Notes under the pieces: model-generated | Told to the model about the DNA's origin: nothing | What the model saw: the letters and a program-made list of their open reading frames with translations, nothing else | Database searches by the model: none | Part shown: one piece after another, positions 19,777 to 28,311 of the stretch | How the letters are laid out: every line of letters begins with the position of its first letter | How positions within the stretch are numbered: position 1 is the stretch's first letter | DNA from: Candidatus Sumerlaeaceae bacterium | GTDB lineage: Bacteria; Sumerlaeota; Sumerlaeia; Sumerlaeales; Sumerlaeaceae | Direction of reading: 5' to 3' | Length of the DNA stretch: 64,000 nucleotides | Assembly (NCBI GenBank): GCA_049968255.1 | Contig: JBMFRB010000001.1 | Location: 333,395 to 397,394 of the forward strand | Program-made: the position numbers and the translations under genes

Positions 19777-21165
19777 ATGAACATTCTTTCCACGTCATCC
19801 ACAACTGCGCTTATTGCCCCAGGGCCACAACATCTGCGTGGCCAAATTTGGGCACAGCCCTCGAAGAATTACACTACGCGTTTGCTCCTCGCCGCCGCTT
19901 TAGCGAAGGGCAAAAGCGTGGTACGCAACGTTGCGACGAGTGAGGATGCGACAGCGCTCCAGCGCTGCCTAAACGCTCTTGGAGCTCACATCGAGCTCCG
20001 GGGGCGTCTTTATCCCGAAAACGCATCAGGCGGGGTTCCTCAAATTGATGCTTATGTGCGAGGGACAGGCGGGCGATTTCAGCTCAAAAGCGATCAGCCT
20101 CTCGACGTGGGCAATGCGGGAGCAGTTCTACGCTTTCTGCTTGCTGTGTGTGCCACGCTGCCTCGCGTAAGCTTTGTCACAGACCGGCCGGATTCGCTCG
20201 GCAAACGGCCAAATGGAGACATCTTGGAAGCGCTGGAGCAGCTCGGTTGTCGTTCAGAATCCGTCAATGGTTGCCTGCCGATTACACTTTACGGGGGGAA
20301 CCTGCACGGCGGGCGAGTGGTCATGAGCGGCGCGCGCAGTTCGCAGTTTGTGAGCGGACTGCTGTTCCTCGCGCCACTCATTGGTGAACCCGTGGAGATT
20401 CTCGTGAAAGACCGCCTGGTCTCCAAGGCACCCGTGCGCCAAACACTCGAGGTGTTAGCCAACTTTGGCATTCGCGTGAGCGCTAGTGAAGATCTCATGC
20501 GCTTTCAAATTCAGCCTCAGCGCTACACCGCAGGCGAATATCGGGTGAACGGCGATTGGCCAGGAAGTGCAGCCATTTTGGCTGCAGCGGCGGCCACAAA
20601 GTCGCAGATCAGCGTGAAAGGGCTGCGCGACGACAACCAGGGAGAAAAACTAGCCGCTGAGGTACTGCGGCAAATGGGAGCACAAGTCGAGTGTGACGAG
20701 AAAGATCTGGTCACTGTGAGAGGTTGTCCACTTTCCGCAGTAGAATTTGATGGAGACCTAGCTACGGACGCAGTTCTGGCGCTTGTGGGCGCGGCCTGCT
20801 TCGCTGTGGGGCGCTCGCGCTTTTATAATGTGGCCAACTTACGAATCAAAGAATGCGATCGCATCAGTGAGCCCATCGCGGAATTACGGAAAATCGGCGT
20901 GCGGTGTTGGGAAGGTAAAGAGGTGGGCGACAAGGATCCCGACGCCATCATTGTCGAGGGATGCCCCGACGGCTACGAGGGTGGCATCGAAGTTGATGGT
21001 CGCGGCGATCACCGCGTGATTATGCTGCTGAGCATCGTTGGTCTAGGGTGCCGACGTGGACTGCGCATTCGCGGAGCGCAACATGTGGCCAAAAGTTATC
21101 CGCTGTTCTTCGAACACCTGCGTCAGCTGGGAGCGGACATTTCCCTCCGAGGGGAAAACGAATGA
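19777..21165 (+). CDS. aroA: EPSP synthase
   Basis: PSKNYTTR, VGNAGAVLRF, SSQFVSGLL, RIKECDRI, DHRVIM, KSYP. Confidence 0.93.
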   Translation: MNILSTSSTTALIAPGPQHLRGQIWAQPSKNYTTRLLLAAALAKGKSVVRNVATSEDATALQRCLNALGAHIELRGRLYPENASGGVPQIDAYVRGTGGRFQLKSDQPLDVGNAGAVLRFLLAVCATLPRVSFVTDRPDSLGKRPNGDILEALEQLGCRSESVNGCLPITLYGGNLHGGRVVMSGARSSQFVSGLLFLAPLIGEPVEILVKDRLVSKAPVRQTLEVLANFGIRVSASEDLMRFQIQPQRYTAGEYRVNGDWPGSAAILAAAAATKSQISVKGLRDDNQGEKLAAEVLRQMGAQVECDEKDLVTVRGCPLSAVEFDGDLATDAVLALVGAACFAVGRSRFYNVANLRIKECDRISEPIAELRKIGVRCWEGKEVGDKDPDAIIVEGCPDGYEGGIEVDGRGDHRVIMLLSIVGLGCRRGLRIRGAQHVAKSYPLFFEHLRQLGADISLRGENE

Positions 21166-21821
21166 AAGAGTTTTTTCGCCAAATCGACGCCTGGATGAGT
21201 CAGTGGACAACTCCGGTTATTCGATGGCTCATCTATTCGTGCATCATCGGCTTTCTGGCGTTTGCGTTTGCCCCACAGGGGTTGGTTCTCCTTTTTGGCG
21301 CGAGCTTTCAATCCACTATCCTTCGCGGGCGCTTGTGGCAGCTTGTCACCTATGCGTTTGTTCACGCGAGTTTCTCCCATCTCTTTTTCAATCTCCTCAG
21401 CTTGTGGATGTTTGGCTCGCGCTTGGAGCAACGGTGGGGGAGCCGAACGTTTTTGCGATTTGTCGTGGTCGTAGTGGTCGGTTCGGTGCTGACGCATCTC
21501 GTGCTCACACCCATTGTGGGCGAACAGAGGACTTACATCATTGGCATTTCAGGGCTCGTTTACGGATTGCTGCTGGCCTATGCCTATTATTATCCAAACG
21601 AGACTGTCTATGTGCAATTCCTCTTTCCGCTGCAGGTGAAGTACTTTGTCGCGATTCTCGGGTTGTTAGCTTTTCTCTCCTCCGTGCAGGTGAGCGGCGG
21701 AGAAATTGCACATCTTACGCACCTTGGCGGGTTGCTTTTCGGATATGTTTTTGTTCGCAATCCGCGACTGTTTCAATGGATTCCTGTACCCGACGTGGAA
21801 GAGCGGCGGTGGCGTTGGTGA
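21162..21821 (+). CDS. Rhomboid family intramembrane serine protease
   Basis: WQLVTYAFVH, HLFFN, GISG (catalytic Ser), AHLTHLGG; ATGA overlap with aroA. Confidence 0.9.
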   Translation: MKEFFRQIDAWMSQWTTPVIRWLIYSCIIGFLAFAFAPQGLVLLFGASFQSTILRGRLWQLVTYAFVHASFSHLFFNLLSLWMFGSRLEQRWGSRTFLRFVVVVVVGSVLTHLVLTPIVGEQRTYIIGISGLVYGLLLAYAYYYPNETVYVQFLFPLQVKYFVAILGLLAFLSSVQVSGGEIAHLTHLGGLLFGYVFVRNPRLFQWIPVPDVEERRWRW

Positions 21822-21918
21822 GCAGTGCGGGCGAGCGGCAAGAGACTCAAATTTTTGCGAAAGGCTCATGTACTTTCCGGCGATAGTTTGGTGCGGTTCT
21901 TGCTGGCAGCTTTGATCG

Positions 21919-23607
21919 ATGAAAACTAACGAAGCGAGGCATTTGATGTCGCAGAAACCTTTTGGTTCCCCCTCTCGACGAAATCTCTTTTATCTGACGA
22001 TTACCCTCATTGTGATCTCGCTGACTTTCATGGGATCGTTCGCGCGTGCGGTGAAGAAGGCCGACGACGATCAGTTTTGGGAATTCACGGCAATGTTCAG
22101 CGAGATCTACAATGAGATCCAAAACAAGTACGTGGAGGAAGTCGACTCAAAGAAGCTATTCGAGGGCGCGCTCCAGGGGATGTTCCTCACGCTCGATCCG
22201 CATTCGCAATACATGGATCCCGACAACTACAGCCAACTTGAGAAAGACACCGAAGGGGCATTCAGTGGCGTGGGATTGCACATCACTATCCGCGATGGCG
22301 TATTGACCGTTATCGCGCCAATCCCTGGCTCCCCAGCAGCCAAGGCGGGAGTTCGGCCGTGGGATCGGATTGTGGAGATTGACGGCAAAAAGACGGAGGG
22401 GATCACGATCCTAGAAGCCGTCAAAAAGTTGACGGGGCCAGCAGGGACGACGGTCACGATTAAGGTGTATCGTGAGGGCGAGCCGGACTTCCTTACCTTC
22501 ACGCTTGTGCGTAAAAACATCAAGGTGGACAGCGTTTACTACAAGATGCTCGACGACAAAGTAGGCTACGCGCGCATCGCAAAGTTCAGCGATGCAACGT
22601 CGCGCGACTTGCGCAAAGCAATCGAATTTTTCAAAGAGAAGGGCGCGAAGGGCCTTATCCTCGATTTGCGCTTCAACGCCGGCGGCCTGCTGAAGGAAGC
22701 CATTGATGTGTCGGACCTTTTCCTGCCCAAGGGCAAAGTCATCGTTTCTACGAAAGGGCGAATGAAAAACCAGAATCAGCAATTCAGGTCGGAGAATGAT
22801 CCCGTGACAGATCTTCCGATGATCGTACTGGTGAACAAAGCGAGTGCAAGTGCGTCGGAGATTGTGGCGGGAGCGCTGAAGGATCACAAGCGCGCTGTCG
22901 TCGTGGGCGTAAAGGGTTCGCGCACCTACGGAAAAGGATCGGTGCAGACCATCGAGGAAATTGCTCACTCTTTTGAAAAAGATGAGAATGGCAATTACCG
23001 ACCGGCGGCAATCCGGCTGACCACGGCGAAATACTACACGCCGAGCGGCGTGAGCATCGACAAAATCGGTGTGACGCCGGACATCGCGGTAGAACTGCCA
23101 AAAGGGCATGAGGCCGATTTGTTACGTCACGGGATGTATGGCGATCCTGCGATGGATGAGGAAGAGGTCACAACGATGCCGTCAAAATTCACATGGAAGA
23201 ACTCGAAGCTCCAAAACGAAGCAACAACCTCGCCCGAGAGTTCCACGAGCGAGAAATCGAAATCCAAGAACTTGGATGAGGAACAAGAGGAGCCGCCCTT
23301 GGAAGGTTCTGCGGTGAAAAGCAAAACGGAAGAAACCACAGCTGGCGAACCGCGCAAAATAATCCCGTTGGATCGCACCTTGTTCCCCGATGCAGAGGTG
23401 GAAGGCGAGGCCAAAAAGAAAGACGAAAAGAAACCAAAGCACAACGGGGAGTTCGTGGATTACCAACTTGAGGCAGCGCGCCGATTGATGCACGCCTACG
23501 TGGACGAGGGGAAGGATTTCTTTGATCCGGAGGCGGGCATGCCGCCGAAAGCATCGGCAGAGGTCTCGAAAGCGGACGCTCCGGCGTCTCCTGCTGAATC
23601 GAAGTAA
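21919..23607 (+). CDS. ctpA: Carboxyl-terminal processing protease (S41) with PDZ domain
   Basis: LDPHSQY, PDZ GVGL, LDLRFNAGGLL, SASASEIVAGAL, YGKGSVQ, TTAKYYTPSG. Confidence 0.95.
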   Translation: MKTNEARHLMSQKPFGSPSRRNLFYLTITLIVISLTFMGSFARAVKKADDDQFWEFTAMFSEIYNEIQNKYVEEVDSKKLFEGALQGMFLTLDPHSQYMDPDNYSQLEKDTEGAFSGVGLHITIRDGVLTVIAPIPGSPAAKAGVRPWDRIVEIDGKKTEGITILEAVKKLTGPAGTTVTIKVYREGEPDFLTFTLVRKNIKVDSVYYKMLDDKVGYARIAKFSDATSRDLRKAIEFFKEKGAKGLILDLRFNAGGLLKEAIDVSDLFLPKGKVIVSTKGRMKNQNQQFRSENDPVTDLPMIVLVNKASASASEIVAGALKDHKRAVVVGVKGSRTYGKGSVQTIEEIAHSFEKDENGNYRPAAIRLTTAKYYTPSGVSIDKIGVTPDIAVELPKGHEADLLRHGMYGDPAMDEEEVTTMPSKFTWKNSKLQNEATTSPESSTSEKSKSKNLDEEQEEPPLEGSAVKSKTEETTAGEPRKIIPLDRTLFPDAEVEGEAKKKDEKKPKHNGEFVDYQLEAARRLMHAYVDEGKDFFDPEAGMPPKASAEVSKADAPASPAESK

Positions 23608-23624
23608 ATCAGCGCAAGGTGGAG

Positions 23625-23665
23625 AAGCCCCTCGCCGGCCAATGTGGTCGCGGCGGGGGGCTTTT
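23625..23665 (+). terminator. Intrinsic terminator after ctpA
   Basis: AAGCCCCTCGCCG / CGGCGGGGGGCTT stem (one G-U pair) ending in TTTT. Confidence 0.75.
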
Positions 23666-23691
23666 GAAATTGTGAGAGCAGGTTATGATTT

Positions 23692-25248
23692 TTGAAAAGA
23701 GAGGATGTGATGACAGGTTCGGGTTCATGGGATGACGTGGGGCCAAAGCAGGACGCCCTACGCGTGCAACCGCCTTCCAGCGCCAAAACGCCTCTCACAG
23801 TCAGTCAGCTCGCTGGCCAAATACGCTATCTTCTCGAACATGAGTTCTCCACTGTTTACGTTGAAGGTGAAGTCAGTGGCTTCAAGATGGCGCAATCGGG
23901 CCACGTTTATTTTTCGCTCAAGGACGAAGAAGCAGTCATAGACTGCGTGATCTGGCGACGCCATGTGCCATCGGTGGGAGAACTGCCCCAGGATGGCGAC
24001 CACGTGGAAATTGAAGGTGCGCTGACGACTTACCCGCGTGGCAGTCGCTATCAGGTCGTTGTCCACGCACTGAGGCCAGCGGGACTCGGTCGGCTTTACC
24101 AGAGATTTATCGAGCTCAAGCAACGACTGGAGCGCGAAGGGCTATTTGCGTCTGAACGCAAGCGCCCCTTGCCAGCACATCCAAGGACAGTGGGGGTCAT
24201 TACATCACCCAAAGGGGCGGCGGTTCGCGACGTCATCAAGGTTTTGCGCCGCCGGGCTCCGCAGGTGAGAATCCTCATTTATCCCACGCGCGTGCAGGGC
24301 GAGGAGGCGCCTGCGGAAATTGCCCATGCCATCCGACGCATGAACGAACTGGCTTGGGCTGACGTGCTTATTGTTGGCCGCGGTGGCGGCTCGCTCGAGG
24401 ACCTTTGGGCTTTCAACGAAGAGGTGGTGGCACGCGCCATCGCCGAATCGAAGATTCCTGTGATCTCAGCTGTGGGCCACGAAACGGATTTCACTATTGC
24501 GGATTTTGTGGCTGATGAACGAGCGCCCACACCCTCGGCCGCAGCCGAGATTGTGGCGGCAAATTCGCAAGAGCTCATCCGCCTTGTGCGAGCGAGCCAG
24601 CAACGCCTGCGCAATGCCATGGAGCGCCGCCTGCTGCCTTTACGTCGGATTCGGGATCTTCGCGCGCGACTAGTGCAAGTGCTCAGAGGACGCGTGCGGC
24701 AACTTGCGGAGGCACGCTTCTTTCGCCAACGAGCGGCGCAGGCCCTGCGCAAACGACTGGAAAATTTTAAGCGCGGGGCAATTTTGCAGGAGCGCTTGGT
24801 GGGGAAAATCCGCACAGTGGTGCAACGGCACCGCGCTGCGCTCGAGCGGCTCAGGATCCTTTTAGCTCTGCGCAAGCCGCTGACGCATGTGAACGAACTC
24901 CAGCAGCAAGTGGATGATCATGTAGCCCGGATGCGGGCGAGGATGCAGCTTGCGCTGGCGAGCCGCCGACAGCGTTTTGAGCTGCTCTCGGGCAAGCTCG
25001 AGGCCCTGGACCCGAAAGCGGTCCTGAGCCGAGGCTACTCGATCACTTTCGATGCAGTCACTCATCAGGTGGTCAAGTCAGCTCGCCGTGTGAGGGGGGG
25101 ACAAATGCTTCGCATTGTATTGCACGAGGGAGAAATTGGGGCCCAGGCGCTGAAACGCAAGATTGTGGAAGGGTCCCTCCAGCCTGAGCTTCGCCCTCGA
25201 GAGGACGAGTTGCCTTTGGATTTTGGAGATTCTGATCTTCCGCGATGA
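23692..25248 (+). CDS. xseA: Exodeoxyribonuclease VII large subunit
   Basis: VEGEVSGF..SGHVYFSLKD, RGGGSLEDLWAFNEE, SAVGHETDFTIADFVAD, RAPTPSAAAE. Confidence 0.96.
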   Translation: MKREDVMTGSGSWDDVGPKQDALRVQPPSSAKTPLTVSQLAGQIRYLLEHEFSTVYVEGEVSGFKMAQSGHVYFSLKDEEAVIDCVIWRRHVPSVGELPQDGDHVEIEGALTTYPRGSRYQVVVHALRPAGLGRLYQRFIELKQRLEREGLFASERKRPLPAHPRTVGVITSPKGAAVRDVIKVLRRRAPQVRILIYPTRVQGEEAPAEIAHAIRRMNELAWADVLIVGRGGGSLEDLWAFNEEVVARAIAESKIPVISAVGHETDFTIADFVADERAPTPSAAAEIVAANSQELIRLVRASQQRLRNAMERRLLPLRRIRDLRARLVQVLRGRVRQLAEARFFRQRAAQALRKRLENFKRGAILQERLVGKIRTVVQRHRAALERLRILLALRKPLTHVNELQQQVDDHVARMRARMQLALASRRQRFELLSGKLEALDPKAVLSRGYSITFDAVTHQVVKSARRVRGGQMLRIVLHEGEIGAQALKRKIVEGSLQPELRPREDELPLDFGDSDLPR

Positions 25249-26009
25249 CACCAGGTGTTCCGCCACTGCCCGAACCTGACGAGCTTGTTCAGCGAAAGTC
25301 TGCGCGCTCCATCCGCTCGATGTTTGATGCCATTTCGCCAACCTATGACTTTTTAAATCATTTGCTGAGCGCACAGATTGACCGACTTTGGCGACGCACG
25401 TTGGCGCGTACTGTTCTGGCTGAGTGTCCGCCGACGATCCTGGATGTGTGCACAGGAACTGGTGATGTTATCTTCGAAATCGCCAGGCAGGCGGCGAGGC
25501 GTGGCATGCAGCCACGATGCGTTGGGACGGATTTTTCTTACCCCATGCTGCAACGTGCGATGGAAAAGCGTGGCAAGCAGCCGGAATTATCGGGGCAACC
25601 AGCCTTCTTGCGTGCTGATACGCTTGAGCTGCCATTTGGCGACTGTGCCTTTGCCGCCGTGACGGTGGCCTTCGGCCTGCGAAATGTGGAAAATCTGGAA
25701 CGAGCGCTGGTAGAACTGGCACGGGTGACTCGGCCAGGTGGGCAACTCGTCGTGCTCGAGTTCTCCAAGCCACGCCTGCCCGTGGTACGGGGACTTTATC
25801 ATTTCTATTTCCACAGAATTTTACCAATGGTTGGCTGGTTGATCTCCGGAACGAAGGCCTACCTCTATCTGCCAAAATCGGTGGCAAGGTTTCCCGAAGG
25901 AGAAGATTTTGCCGCACTGATGAAAAAGGTTGGCTGGTGTGATGTGAGTTTTACATCGCTCACGGGGGGAATTGCGACACTTTACAGCGGAAAACGACCC
26001 GCGTCATAA
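25245..26009 (+). CDS. ubiE: Ubiquinone/menaquinone C-methyltransferase (UbiE/MenG)
   Basis: MFDAISPTYDFLNHLLS, LDVCTGTGD, AFGLRNV, LEFSKP. Confidence 0.93.
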   Translation: MTPGVPPLPEPDELVQRKSARSIRSMFDAISPTYDFLNHLLSAQIDRLWRRTLARTVLAECPPTILDVCTGTGDVIFEIARQAARRGMQPRCVGTDFSYPMLQRAMEKRGKQPELSGQPAFLRADTLELPFGDCAFAAVTVAFGLRNVENLERALVELARVTRPGGQLVVLEFSKPRLPVVRGLYHFYFHRILPMVGWLISGTKAYLYLPKSVARFPEGEDFAALMKKVGWCDVSFTSLTGGIATLYSGKRPAS

Positions 26010-26106
26010 AAAGCACAGGGACGGCCCGCGCCGGAGAAACTACAGTGCAACGGGCAGCCCCCTAGTGAGTTGCCCCAAATGTCAACGCCACCGAATGGCG
26101 TTGTCG

Positions 26107-26571
26107 TTATGTCGCATCCGCAACTGGCGTCATAGCGAAGCTGATTATAGCTTCGGAGGCAAGTTCGCCGTTGGCGAAGATCTTTCCTGCGGTGCGGCCA
26201 AAGTTACGTCGCCGGTAGACCTCTTCGACTTCAATACGCAGAACGTCGCCTGGTCCAATGATGCGACGAAATTTTGCTTCTTCCACGCCAGCAAGCAACG
26301 CGAGCCATCCCTTGCCCATGTGGATTCTAGCTAACACCGCACCCGTCTGGGCCATGGCTTCGATCTGGAGGACGCCGGGCATGATGGGCCGTTCAGGAAA
26401 GTGGCCTTGGAAGAACCATTCATTCATCGTCACGCATTTTACGCCCACGATGCGCTTTTCCGAGATTTCTTCAATCCTGTCCACAAGGAGAAAAGGATAA
26501 CGATGGGGGAGAATTTCCCGGATCTGGAGGATGTCGAGCGGGGCCTGGATAGAAAGTTTTTCTTCGCTCAC
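26107..26571 (-). CDS. fabZ: 3-hydroxyacyl-ACP dehydratase
   Basis: LPHRYPFLLVDRI, FQGHFP..PIMPGVLQIEAMAQ. Confidence 0.97.
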   Translation of the reverse strand: MSEEKLSIQAPLDILQIREILPHRYPFLLVDRIEEISEKRIVGVKCVTMNEWFFQGHFPERPIMPGVLQIEAMAQTGAVLARIHMGKGWLALLAGVEEAKFRRIIGPGDVLRIEVEEVYRRRNFGRTAGKIFANGELASEAIISFAMTPVADAT

Positions 26572-27473
26572 GTTTGGAGTTCCTTTCTGAAAAATCGTGC
26601 AAATGCGGCGTTGGCGCTATGGCCTGAACGCCAAACCAGAAAATGCCCGCGAACCGGCTTGCCAAGCAAAGCGAGATCACCAATGAAATCAAGGATTTTG
26701 TGGCGAACAGGTTCGTTGGGGAAACGAAGCGTCTCATTGATGATCGCTTTGCGGCCGATGACAATAGCCGAAGCAAGACTGCCGCCGCGGATGAGCCCTT
26801 GGCGGCGTAGCACCTCGATTTCGTGGAAGAACGCAAAGGTGCGGGCCGGGGCTATTTCGCGGATGTACGCTTCGGGGGTAACAACGAAGCTAGCCGACTG
26901 CGTGCGCAGAAGAGGATTTGGGGAAGAAAAGAAAAAGGTCACTCGGAAGTCGGTCGCCGGAAGAACAACAATTTCGGCCTGCTGATAGTGAAACGTGAAT
27001 GCTTCGGCAGGGCAAAGGACGGAGAGAGCCGCTTCCTGGTCGACAATCCCCGCTGAAGACAGGAGCTCGGCAAACGGCGCACTGCTACCGTCGAGGAAAG
27101 GGAGTTCGGACGAGTCTAGTTCCACGCGTAGATTCGTGATTCCCAACGCGTACGTAGCGCTCAGCAAATGCTCGACCGTGTGGACTTCTCCCCCATTGCT
27201 TCGCAGCGTTGTGCGACGCAGAAGGTCGTCCTCCGCAACAGCGTCGAGGTCGGCGGGAATCTCGGGTGAACCGGGAAGATCTCGCCGGACAAAGATAATA
27301 CCATGGTCAGGAGAGGCCGGCATGATTGCCATATGGACCAGCTCGCCGAAGTGTACACCTTTGCCTTCCACGAAGACCGTGCGAGCAATCGTCCGCTGGC
27401 CAATCACTATGGGTGTGTTGTTCTGGGGCAACTCAAACATCGATCTCGACATTGGACAAGCTGTGCGATTCAC
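26568..27473 (-). CDS. lpxC: UDP-3-O-acyl-GlcNAc deacetylase (start uncertain)
   Basis: QRTIA, TVEHLLSA, DGSS, EIAPARTF, EPVRHKILDFIGDL, SGH. Confidence 0.95.
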   Translation of the reverse strand: MNRTACPMSRSMFELPQNNTPIVIGQRTIARTVFVEGKGVHFGELVHMAIMPASPDHGIIFVRRDLPGSPEIPADLDAVAEDDLLRRTTLRSNGGEVHTVEHLLSATYALGITNLRVELDSSELPFLDGSSAPFAELLSSAGIVDQEAALSVLCPAEAFTFHYQQAEIVVLPATDFRVTFFFSSPNPLLRTQSASFVVTPEAYIREIAPARTFAFFHEIEVLRRQGLIRGGSLASAIVIGRKAIINETLRFPNEPVRHKILDFIGDLALLGKPVRGHFLVWRSGHSANAAFARFFRKELQT

Positions 27474-28267
27474 TCGGGCTGACGGTCAACGGGCCGTTTC
27501 GGCTTAGATGAGGATTCTTTAGAAGGTGTCTTGGCGGATGCAGCTTGGCGCTTTGCTGCAGGGGGTAGGGCTGGAGTGGGTTGCTGCGGCTCGGCCTCGG
27601 GCTGCTGAGGTGCTTGCGTCGTTGGCTGTTTTGCGGTGGGCGTCTCTCGCCCCTCAGGTGTGTTTTCCGGCTTCGCTCGTGTCGCTTTTGGCGCCGATGT
27701 GTCGGCAACCTGCTCGTTGAGTTTGCGGATGACTTCATCGGTAATGTCCGCAGCGCTGTTGCCGTAAAGGACCGCCTCACCGCGGAGGATGACGTCGTAT
27801 TTGTTCTCTTTTGCCACGTCTTGAATGGCGAAAAGGATGCGCTTCATCAGAGGCTCGAAGACGGTGGCATCTAGCTCGCGTGCTTTGCGTTCGGCGCGAT
27901 AGGCAAGGTCGTCCAGTTCATTGCGCAAGCGTGCAATTTCCTTGCGCTTCTTTTCGATTTCTGAAGCGGCGATGACTCCCTCGCTGCGCTGAACGTCGGC
28001 TTCGAGTTCTTTGATCTGTTGGCGCTTTTCATCAATTTGCTTCTGTAAGTCCTCGATGTCCGATTGCACGCTGTCCATGGCTTGATTCACAGCCTTGGCT
28101 TTGCGCGTCACGCGATCCACGTCGACGTAGCCGACTTTCGTTTGGGCCAAGGCATGCAAGGGTAGAACGGACAGGGCAACAGCTAAGCTGAGAATTTGGC
28201 AAGCTTTCACAAGTCGCACTCCTTTTCCAACACGCACATGGTGGGGATACCGTCCAGGTTGGCGCAT
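27470..28267 (-). CDS. skp: OmpH/Skp periplasmic chaperone with Pro/Gln-rich tail
   Basis: Signal peptide, KVGYVD, coiled coil, AIQDVAKENKYDVIL...DITDEVI; downstream of bamA. Confidence 0.88.
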   Translation of the reverse strand: MRQPGRYPHHVRVGKGVRLVKACQILSLAVALSVLPLHALAQTKVGYVDVDRVTRKAKAVNQAMDSVQSDIEDLQKQIDEKRQQIKELEADVQRSEGVIAASEIEKKRKEIARLRNELDDLAYRAERKARELDATVFEPLMKRILFAIQDVAKENKYDVILRGEAVLYGNSAADITDEVIRKLNEQVADTSAPKATRAKPENTPEGRETPTAKQPTTQAPQQPEAEPQQPTPALPPAAKRQAASAKTPSKESSSKPKRPVDRQPE

Positions 28268-28311
28268 GTTCTTTTTCGCGCGCCATCTTTCAGCGCACCT
28301 CCTCGGCAGCC